From Promethearchaeota archaeon (GTDB taxonomy: Archaea > Asgardarchaeota > Lokiarchaeia > Sigyniarchaeales > SOKP01): DNA of 64,000 nt. Where the stretch lies: NCBI GenBank assembly GCA_016840165.1, contig JAEOSU010000067.1, positions 1 to 64,000 on the forward strand. The letters are read 5' to 3'. Every line of letters starts with the position of its first letter. The stretch's first letter is position 1. Made by a program: the position numbers and the translations under genes. Of the stretch, positions 10,840-18,772 are shown piece by piece. The notes under the pieces were generated by a model that did not search any database, was not told where the DNA came from, and was given only the letters and a program-made list of their open reading frames with translations.

Positions 10840-10895
10840 GTGAGTGAATTAAAGCATTTGAAAAATGAATGGGAAGCTATAATGAGTTGTATGGG
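10840..10895 (+). pseudogene. Original 5' fragment (MSELKHLKNEWEAIMSCMG) of the interrupted Fe-S oxidoreductase
   Basis: GTG one base after the GlcD-like stop; joining 10895 to 16492 gives TGT ATG GGT TGT GGG GAT TGT (CMGCGDC) in frame with the 16492-17671 body. Confidence 0.85.
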
Positions 10896-10908
10896 AGAAA
10901 AAAATTTA

Positions 10909-11376
10909 TTAAATAAAGATAAATGTAAGTACTAGAGTAAAATCAATTAATATTAAGAGAGAAAATATAAACCAATAAACCTTTTTTACTTTATTTATAA
11001 ATGAGTCTTTAAATTGAAATTTTACTTCAATAAATTTTTTAACTGATTTAATTTTCTCAGATTCATTTGCATATTCAGTGGGATTAATATATTTAAAAGG
11101 ATGTAAATATTTCTCATCAGAAAATATTTCAAAATTAGTTTCCTCATTTAGATTTAGTTTCTCACTTATTTTTATATTTGTACCTCGCCATTCAGCCCAT
11201 CTTTTATAATGCCTTTCGCTATTTGATTTAATTGTAAATAAAATGAGTACTAAGAATGCTGTTATACTTAATACAAATGAAATTTTACAGATTTTATCTA
11301 AAATTGTGTTTGATATATTAAATAGAAAAGGAATTATGGTTAAAATAGGTATAAAAATTGTCGTTATAGTCATCAA
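10909..11376 (-). CDS. Small multi-TM membrane protein, possibly 5'-truncated
   Basis: Three hydrophobic segments; frame stays open upstream to ~11484 without ATG/GTG/TTG and runs into the start of the divergent ATPase. Confidence 0.55.
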   Translation of the reverse strand: MMTITTIFIPILTIIPFLFNISNTILDKICKISFVLSITAFLVLILFTIKSNSERHYKRWAEWRGTNIKISEKLNLNEETNFEIFSDEKYLHPFKYINPTEYANESEKIKSVKKFIEVKFQFKDSFINKVKKVYWFIFSLLILIDFTLVLTFIFI

Positions 11377-11478
11377 AAATTTTAAATTTTCCCATATTTG
11401 ATTAATGTCAAATAATTCCTTTTCATGATATTTATCATATAAAAATTTTAAATTATCGAAATCAAATTTGCTGGGGTT

Positions 11479-13914
11479 ATGGGATTATTTCTCGTTGGAA
11501 CGATTATTATTATTTCAATTGGAATAATAATCTACATTATAATAATCCCATTTGATAAAGAATACAAAGCCTTAACCATTTTTGTTATTTTTTCCTTGGA
11601 AATATATATTTTAATTACCATTCGAGAATGGCTTCTAGCATTAATATTATTTGGGGCGATTTCATTCGTGGTTTCATTAGGCCATGAATCATTTAGAAAT
11701 AGAATTGTATCCATTTATCAAACAACTTTAGTTTCTTCAAAAAAGACAAGTTCAAAGATATTAAAACCATTAAAGAAGAAAGGTCATAAGAATTCACCTT
11801 TAAAAAATGATAAAAATGGAAAGAACGAGAAGAAGAAAAGAGCTTTATTCTGGCATGCAAGAGTAAAAATCTTACAAGGAACTCTTGAAAAAGAACCAAT
11901 TGAGAAAGACAAGACTAATCAAAATATAAAAACGTGGCTACAAGATTACTTTTCAAACAGTTCAAGATATTGTCTTGAGCTGGTTTCCCATAAAGATTTT
12001 AATTGGACGTTTTTAATGAGAGCTCGAAGGGAAGCTAAAGCACGTATTATTGGGGAAGCATTACTCACTCGTCTTTTAAGTATTTTTCCAGGTGTAGATG
12101 CAGAATTGGAAATTGAACCAGTAACACGCAAGAAAATCTATAAAAACAATGTATTTTGGGAAATCAAACTTCCTAAACCACCATATTTAGAAAAATTTAC
12201 CTTAATCAATGATTTTATAACGATTTTTCATAGAAGTAAACAAGAAATAAAAGTATATATAATGTGGAAAAAAGCAACTCCCAGAAAAATCGAAAAAATC
12301 AGATATAAAATTCAAAGAATGAAATTCAAGGATGAGGATGAGAAAAAGCAATATTTAAAAATGTGGGAAGAGGAACTTTTTCGAGTAAGAATTTTTGTCA
12401 GCTATCGAATTTTTGAAAAAGATCTTAGGGAAAGAGAACTTGAATTACAAAGGATTGAAGGAAGAATTAAGAGTTTAACTATGTCTGGTAGAAATTTGAA
12501 AAAAGCAGCTCAAATTAAAAGAGTCACCTCAGGAACCTATGGTAATATTCTTCGAGTTAATTTATTCTCTGGTAGTTATATCACGCCTTATTGCGTCGAT
12601 TTTGATATTCTTAAAATTACACCTTTAGTAAAACCTTTTACTCTTGAAAGTGAGAATGTGAAATATATCCCTACAGATATCAGTAATCCCGATTATATCT
12701 TAATTGGACGCCACGTGAATCAGGGAAGAAAAACAGAACATCGAATGCTGATTCAAAAGAATGGATTTGCTCAGAGTCTATTAGTAGCAGGGCAACAAGG
12801 CACAGGAAAAACTTATTTATTAGCTCAAATTGTAAACGAATTTCATAAGAAAGCGCCTGATATTGGTATTTTAATCTTGAATCTTGGAAAAGGGAACCAA
12901 GAAGGATTTTATAAGACTGATAAAGTGATTAAATTTGGTTCTCCTGATTTTCATGTTCCTTATTTTGTAAATGGACATTATCTTGAAAGGAGCATTCAAG
13001 AGACTGCTACTTATTTAATTGCTTCAACGGGATTAAAAAACATCGTAGAAAAAAACATGGTTAATGTAATGCAAGCATTTATAGATAAAAAAGGGAAATT
13101 ACCACGTTCATTAAAGTTTTTGTTTAAAGAATTGATAAGATACTTTGATCTCCACCCCTACCATGTAAAATTTCAAACTAATATATTACGAGCACTAAAA
13201 AATAGAGTATTAAGTCTTTTATCAAATCCAGTTCTAGAAAAGGCTATTAATCTAGCTCCTAATGATGAAATCCCTCAATGGTTTAAAGATTGGAGAAAAG
13301 GTAAAAAAGTATTCCTCGATCTCTCAATGTGTAATATTTATGAAAAACGATTAATAACCAATGCGATTTTTCAATTAATTCGCTCTCGCACACCTGATAT
13401 TGAGGTAGGGAAGCTTCAAAATATAATCTTGATTGATGAAGCTCATCAGATTTTAGAGAAATCTATAACCAACAATTATGATGATGATGACTATATTTCA
13501 AGAACTCAATTAGAGAAAATATTCAATGAATTATTGCGAGAATTCCGTTCAAAAGGTTTCTCTTTCATACTTTCTGACCAAACACCTTCAAGGCTTTTCG
13601 ACTGCGTTATTACACTTCCAAGCCTGAAAATATTGTTCCGTGTGGGTCATCCATGTAACACACGATTAGTTGGGAATCAAAAAGAGCAGGATTTTTTAAT
13701 GCTCCAAAAAAATCGACAAGCTTTGGTTCTGAACGGGATTACTGGTGAAAAATATATTATTGAAACTCTAGATTTTTCGTTACCACATCAAGGACCTGAG
13801 GGATCCATTAGATCAATAGATGATCAAAGATTTTGTGAATATTGTGGAACTCAAGTTGATTCTGATGCGAAATTTTGCGATTGCTGTGGAAAACCATTTC
13901 TTTTTTTTGATTAA
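11479..13914 (+). CDS. Membrane-anchored HerA/VirB4/FtsK-superfamily (DUF87-like) ATPase with C-terminal zinc ribbon
   Basis: N-terminal TM helices, Walker A GQQGTGKT, Walker B IILIDEAH, REFRSKG and SDQTPS motifs, CEYC..CDCC tail. Confidence 0.85.
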   Translation: MGLFLVGTIIIISIGIIIYIIIIPFDKEYKALTIFVIFSLEIYILITIREWLLALILFGAISFVVSLGHESFRNRIVSIYQTTLVSSKKTSSKILKPLKKKGHKNSPLKNDKNGKNEKKKRALFWHARVKILQGTLEKEPIEKDKTNQNIKTWLQDYFSNSSRYCLELVSHKDFNWTFLMRARREAKARIIGEALLTRLLSIFPGVDAELEIEPVTRKKIYKNNVFWEIKLPKPPYLEKFTLINDFITIFHRSKQEIKVYIMWKKATPRKIEKIRYKIQRMKFKDEDEKKQYLKMWEEELFRVRIFVSYRIFEKDLRERELELQRIEGRIKSLTMSGRNLKKAAQIKRVTSGTYGNILRVNLFSGSYITPYCVDFDILKITPLVKPFTLESENVKYIPTDISNPDYILIGRHVNQGRKTEHRMLIQKNGFAQSLLVAGQQGTGKTYLLAQIVNEFHKKAPDIGILILNLGKGNQEGFYKTDKVIKFGSPDFHVPYFVNGHYLERSIQETATYLIASTGLKNIVEKNMVNVMQAFIDKKGKLPRSLKFLFKELIRYFDLHPYHVKFQTNILRALKNRVLSLLSNPVLEKAINLAPNDEIPQWFKDWRKGKKVFLDLSMCNIYEKRLITNAIFQLIRSRTPDIEVGKLQNIILIDEAHQILEKSITNNYDDDDYISRTQLEKIFNELLREFRSKGFSFILSDQTPSRLFDCVITLPSLKILFRVGHPCNTRLVGNQKEQDFLMLQKNRQALVLNGITGEKYIIETLDFSLPHQGPEGSIRSIDDQRFCEYCGTQVDSDAKFCDCCGKPFLFFD

Positions 13915-13962
13915 ATCTTCTTATTAGTTTACTTTAAATTAGTCTGTCAAAAAATATATCAA

Positions 13963-14544
13963 ATGAGTGAATATGATGAAGAAGTGGAGAGTGAGGATGC
14001 AACTGATGATTATGAGGAATCTGAAGAATTGGATGAAGATGCCACAGATGACTATGAACCATTAGATGAAAATGAGGAACTTGAGAATGAAACTGACGAA
14101 GAGCTTGAAAATGATTTCGAACCGTTGGATGAAACTGATGAACTTGAAGACGAAATTGAGAATGATTTCGATCCTCGTGATGAATATGAAGATTTAGAAA
14201 AGGATAAAGAAGAACTTGAGGATTCTCAAGATAATCCTAAAGATATTAATGAAATAACTAAAGATAACTCTAGAGATGGCTTAAATAATAAACAATATCA
14301 TACAATGAGACTTGATGTCCCTCCTGGACGCTTCCCCCCAGAAAAACCAAAAGTTAGACGCCAAAAAGAGAAGAATCCAAGACCTCCTAAAAAAAAAGGG
14401 AAACTAATCGATTGGAATAGATTAAAGAAAATGTTACCCCTTAAAAAAAGGAAGAAAAAGATTTTTACAAAAAATGTTGAAGAACTCAAGGAAGAACTTA
14501 CGACTGTCAAATATAAAGAATTAAAGTATAAAAAACATAAATAA
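13963..14544 (+). CDS. Low-complexity protein with acidic repeat N-terminus and basic C-terminus
   Basis: Repeats EDATDDYE x2 and ENDFEPLDE/ENDFDPRDE, then Lys/Pro-rich tail. Confidence 0.7.
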   Translation: MSEYDEEVESEDATDDYEESEELDEDATDDYEPLDENEELENETDEELENDFEPLDETDELEDEIENDFDPRDEYEDLEKDKEELEDSQDNPKDINEITKDNSRDGLNNKQYHTMRLDVPPGRFPPEKPKVRRQKEKNPRPPKKKGKLIDWNRLKKMLPLKKRKKKIFTKNVEELKEELTTVKYKELKYKKHK

Positions 14545-14559
14545 CAAGGTGAAAATCTC

Positions 14560-16278
14560 ATAGGAGAATATGGGGAGGACGATTCCAAAGAAGAGAATAA
14601 GGAAATTGACAATAAGCTCAATCAAATAATAAAAAAAAAAAATAGTGAACTAATCAATGATTTTGAGCCTCTTGAAGAAAACCAAGATTTAAATGAAAGT
14701 CTTGAATCTAAATTTGAACCTAAAGATGAATCAAAATATATAAAAAATGACTTTGAAAAATATGAGCCAAATTCTGAATTTGAACATATAAATTATAACT
14801 ATAAAAGTAAAGAAAATTCAAAAAATGAAGGTTTCGATATTGAAAAGATTAAAAAAGCGATTAAAAAAAAGGATTGGGATGAAATTTCAAAGGATTGGAC
14901 AATCAAAATCCAAAAAAATCAGTATTCAGACATAGAGACTATTCAATTAAATCCTAGTCAAGATATTTCCAAGGAGAATCCCTTATATAAACATAAAGAG
15001 TGGTTAAATACAATCTATAATAATAAGCAATTAAACTTATATGACAAAGAAATTGGAAAAATTTGTGGAGTCAATACTTCTACAATTGGGAAATGGCGAA
15101 AAAAACATAATATACCAATAAAACCTTTAGGTAAAGGAAGATATATAGACAGAAGAAGTGGTAGAGTATATATTCGAGTTCCGAAAGATTATAATCACCC
15201 AGAATTGGGAAATTATAAAGATAGGATAAGAAATTTTCGACTAGAACATATTTATGTAATAGAACAGTATTTATCAAAACATCCTGAACTAGAAATCTCA
15301 AAGAAATTCTTAATAGATGGTAAATATTTAAAAATTGGATGTGAAATCCACCATATAAATCAAAATCCTCAAGACAATAAAATAGAAAATTTATGGGTCT
15401 ATAAAACAAAAAATGATCATGCTGAAGGTGAATTATCTTTGCGGGATTCTTTACAATTTTTAATAAAAACAAATCGAATTAGATTTAAAGATGGGAGATA
15501 CTATATAAATCAAGATAATAATTCTACTTTAAATCATTCTACTGAAGTTTCTATAAATCAAGATATTAAAGAACCTATCAATTATAAAGACATAAATTTA
15601 GTTAAAGATGAAATTAAAAAGATTAGTTGGGAAAAAATTTCAAATAATTGGACCGTAAAAAATCGAATCAACCAATTTGTAGAAAAAAAGATTCAAGTAG
15701 ATCCTACGAGGGAATGTTCAGTTGAAAATCCGCTCTATAAACATAAAGAATGGGTTGAAAGAATAATTAAAGATAAACGCTATAATTTAACAGATTCTAG
15801 ATTTGGAAAATTATGTGGAATATCAAGGGATAAAGCACGGTACTGGAGGGATAAAGTCCATAATATTAAAGGAAAAACAGATTGGGGCTATGACCGTATT
15901 GTTGATCCTAGTGATGGAAGAATTTGGATTAAGGTACCTGATGATTATGAAAATCCTATTGTTAAGAAGGAAGATCATCAACGTCGAAATATGTTAGAAC
16001 ATCGTTATAATATGGAACGATATCTTTCTGAACATCCAGAACTTAGAATTACTCAAGAAGCTTTAATCGATGGTAAATATTTAAAAACAGAATATCAAGT
16101 ACACCATATAAACTTAGACTTTCAAGATAATAGAATAGAAAACTTATGGGTTTTTAAAAACAATAAACTTCATCTGAAGGCTAGAGAATCTCTATATGCT
16201 CTAGTGGAAGATTTATTAAAACAAACTCAAATCATTTTCAAGGATGGAAAATATGAAATAAATAAAGAAAAGAATTAA
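14560..16278 (+). CDS. 572-aa protein: acidic NDFEPL leader plus two tandem HTH-HNH endonuclease units; probable ATA start
   Basis: Frame open from ATA 14560 (AGGTGA upstream) into the listed 15205 ORF; two copies of ENPLYKHKEW..GKxCG..W and EH..IHHIN..QDN.IENLWV. Confidence 0.85.
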   Translation: MGEYGEDDSKEENKEIDNKLNQIIKKKNSELINDFEPLEENQDLNESLESKFEPKDESKYIKNDFEKYEPNSEFEHINYNYKSKENSKNEGFDIEKIKKAIKKKDWDEISKDWTIKIQKNQYSDIETIQLNPSQDISKENPLYKHKEWLNTIYNNKQLNLYDKEIGKICGVNTSTIGKWRKKHNIPIKPLGKGRYIDRRSGRVYIRVPKDYNHPELGNYKDRIRNFRLEHIYVIEQYLSKHPELEISKKFLIDGKYLKIGCEIHHINQNPQDNKIENLWVYKTKNDHAEGELSLRDSLQFLIKTNRIRFKDGRYYINQDNNSTLNHSTEVSINQDIKEPINYKDINLVKDEIKKISWEKISNNWTVKNRINQFVEKKIQVDPTRECSVENPLYKHKEWVERIIKDKRYNLTDSRFGKLCGISRDKARYWRDKVHNIKGKTDWGYDRIVDPSDGRIWIKVPDDYENPIVKKEDHQRRNMLEHRYNMERYLSEHPELRITQEALIDGKYLKTEYQVHHINLDFQDNRIENLWVFKNNKLHLKARESLYALVEDLLKQTQIIFKDGKYEINKEKN

Positions 16279-16374
16279 AATAATACAGTTGGCTAGAATG
16301 GCAATATTAAGAAATTTTAATTATTAATGAAATTATATTCTTTTTATCTTAGAAAAAAATTTATTGCTGTAATA

Positions 16375-16449
16375 ATGTCAAAATTGAAAAATTTAAAAGA
16401 ACAATGGCAGGCCATAATGTCCTGTATAGGTTTTGGAATCTCTCCTTAA
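16375..16449 (+). CDS. Element-borne replacement 5' fragment of the Fe-S oxidoreductase (MSKLKNLKEQWQAIMSCIG-FGISP*)
   Basis: 13/19 aa identical to the 10840 fragment with diverged codons; out of frame with the gene body unless 61 nt are skipped. Confidence 0.8.
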   Translation: MSKLKNLKEQWQAIMSCIGFGISP

Positions 16450-16502
16450 TCGCGGAAAGGTTTATAATTATATTTATAACTCCCGCTTGGGTTGTGGGGA
16501 TT
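16437..16502 (+). other. Terminal imperfect hairpin at the element's right end (within the 61-nt coding gap)
   Basis: GCGG(16452-55)/CCGC(16483-86) and TTATAA/TTATAA inner stem; CTTAA/TTGGG and AATCTCT/GGGGATT outer pairing. Confidence 0.6.
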
Positions 16503-17671
16503 GTGGGTATGCTATTAGACCATTTGTTGGAAGATATTTAACTTGTCCTGTGAAAGAGGCAAAAGGTGAAGAGGGTTTCGAAATTTATTTTGCTCGTGGT
16601 CGAATGAATGTGTTAAAGAGTATCTTGGAAGGACAAATTCCACTAAGCAAGGAACTCGCTGAGTGGATATATGAATGTTCTGAATGTGGAAATTGTACAG
16701 AAGTTTGCCATATGACACATAATGAACATATCATTTTACCAACAAGCAAGTGGATCGATCATGTAAAAGTATGGGATGCTTTGAGAAGAGATTTAGTAGA
16801 AGCTGGGTTTGCTCCCCTTGATCACCATGAGGAATTGGTTCAATATATGAACAATGATGATATGAAAAATCCATACGGTGAAGATAAAGCTAAAAAATTT
16901 GAGTGGGCGAAAGAATTTCCAAATATTAAAAATAAGGGAGAATTTGTATTTTTTGCTGGTTGTACAATGCCATTAAGACAAGCTGACACATTAAAAAGCA
17001 TGATGAAAGTTTTACAATCATCAGGAATGGAAATTGCATTATCAAAAGACGAATGGTGTTGTGGCTCTATTGGAATCCGAATAGGCGAATATAAATCTGT
17101 GGACGAACTTTTAAAACACAATCTCGAAATTTTCAAGAATATGGGTGCGAAAACAGTATTTACTGCTTGTGCAGGGTGTTATAGAACTTTAAAGAAAGAT
17201 TATCCTGAGCTGTTGAGCGAGGAATTACCCTTCGAAGTAAAACATATTACAGAAGTTTTAGTTGAATTGATAAATAATAACAAAATATTATTCGATTCTG
17301 CTAAAGAGGAACAAATAAAAGTAACATATCATGATCCTTGTCATCTAGGACGTCATATGGATTTGTATGAAATACCAAGAGAAATTATTGCTAAAATTCC
17401 TGGTGTTGAATTGATAGAAATGAAGAGAAATCGAAAACACGCATGGTGTTGTGGTGCAGGTGGAGGTGTGAAAAGCCAATTTCCAGACTTAGCGAAAGAT
17501 ATTTCGAAAGAAAGAATTAGAGAGGCAGTAGAATCCGGAGCAGATATATTAACAACTAGTTGTCCTTTTTGTATAGGAAATCTGAATGATGCATATGATG
17601 AAATGGAGCTGGAGATTAAAGAAAAAATTAAATTAATTGACATCATTGATTTTATTGCTTCAAAAATTTAG
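16492..17671 (+). CDS. (Fe-S)-binding oxidoreductase, GlpC/HdrD-like with two CCG domains; 3' body of the interrupted gene (ORF track starts it at TTG 16433)
   Basis: CGDC...TCP, ARGR, CSECGNCTEVC, FFAGC, WCCG, ACAGC, YHDPCHLGR, CCGAGGG, SCPFC. Confidence 0.9.
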
Positions 17672-17818
17672 AATTTTATTTATTCTTTTATTTTTAAAGA
17701 TGAGTTTATTCTATTGATTTAATCAAGTTTAAATATATTATTTGTTATTTTTTTATAAAATAGCTTGAATGTTATTTTAAAAAAGATGAATTTAACAAGA
17801 ATAATATGAGGGAATGAC

Positions 17819-18742
17819 ATGACAACAGAGAGATATGGCAAAATAACGTTTATAGGAAAAGCTGGAATGGGGAAAACTACAATAAAGAAAGTTATCTTTC
17901 AGGGAGAAGATCCAAATGAGTTAGTAATTTTCCCACTTGAAGCTACTATTGGAATTAAATATTCGGTACACAATTATATGGATTCAAAAGTTAGTTTAAT
18001 TGATACACCAGGTCAATCTATGCAATTAATATTAGAAGATGAAGAAAAGCAGATATTTGTATTTGAAAATGCAAATGCTATAATATACATCTTCGATTAT
18101 CCTACTTGGATTTCAGATTCTCAAGATATTATTGATGATATTAAAAAAATCTATGAAATTAATAAAAAACGTAAATTTGGTGCCAAAATCGTTTTATTTA
18201 TGCATAAAGTTGATCTATTAATAAATAAAAAAATTGGTAGTAGGCTTGATATAATTAAACATCAAATAATTAGACAATTAAGTTTACCTGAAGAATTACC
18301 AATTTATTTCACAAGTTTACATCCAAATTTAATTTACACTATTTATAATGCATTATCTGATACTATTAGTTATTTTTCAGAAGACAATGTGAAATTAAAA
18401 GATATTATCATGAGATTAATCAATGGATTAGCTAAAACAAGCTGTTTTGTTACCAATCAGGAAGATAACATTATAATTCAAGTATTTTCAGAGGACTTTG
18501 ACACTAGTCTTCTTTATTATTTATATGAAAGTATTTATAGACTAAATACGTCGTCTGAATTTACTTCATCAGAATATAATTTAGTAAATCTTGGCCCAAA
18601 ATTATTGCATATAGCAGAAAAAAACATAAGCGAGTTCCATTCTAATTTCAAGAACGTGATGATTTTCTCGGAGACTTTAGAAAAAAATGATATGATTGAG
18701 ATAATAGATAAATTAAAGAAAGAACTAAACCAATATTATTAA
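17819..18742 (+). CDS. Rag/Gtr1-like small GTPase with putative C-terminal roadblock domain
   Basis: G1 GKAGMGKTT, G2 EATIG, G3 DTPGQ, Rag-type G4 HKVD, G5 TSL; ~120-aa C-terminal extension. Confidence 0.8.
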   Translation: MTTERYGKITFIGKAGMGKTTIKKVIFQGEDPNELVIFPLEATIGIKYSVHNYMDSKVSLIDTPGQSMQLILEDEEKQIFVFENANAIIYIFDYPTWISDSQDIIDDIKKIYEINKKRKFGAKIVLFMHKVDLLINKKIGSRLDIIKHQIIRQLSLPEELPIYFTSLHPNLIYTIYNALSDTISYFSEDNVKLKDIIMRLINGLAKTSCFVTNQEDNIIIQVFSEDFDTSLLYYLYESIYRLNTSSEFTSSEYNLVNLGPKLLHIAEKNISEFHSNFKNVMIFSETLEKNDMIEIIDKLKKELNQYY

Positions 18743-18772
18743 TATTTTTAGATAGAAATTAAAAAACACATC

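Larger units (their letters stand above)
10896..16491. mobile_element. 5,596-bp insertion interrupting the Fe-S oxidoreductase; no recognisable integrase or transposase
   Basis: TGGG at both junctions (10892-10895 and 16488-16491); precise removal restores the reading frame and CxxCxxC; cargo unrelated to flanking genes. Confidence 0.85.

Noticed and set aside
13963-14200. Repetitive DNA resembling an array
   Set aside because: Degenerate in-frame coding repeats with no constant repeat/unique spacer pattern; no CRISPR array or cas gene seen in the window
14542-14562. In-frame TAA joining the 13963 and 14560 ORFs as one broken gene
   Set aside because: The second ORF has its own SD and repeats the MxEY/NDFEPL leader, which fits two paralogous genes better
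10896-16491. Whole 5.6-kb insert as a spliced intron
   Set aside because: Only 3 of 4 central BHB pairs and no flanking stems; it contains an antisense gene; no group I/II core or reverse transcriptase recognised
16423-16496. Canonical BHB intron in the 61-nt gap
   Set aside because: The best-pairing BHB (TAGG/CTTG helix, cuts after 16432 and 16491) removes 59 nt and leaves the gene out of frame. It relies on G-U pairs and U/G bulges. Only a relaxed 61-nt version is kept as a hypothesis.
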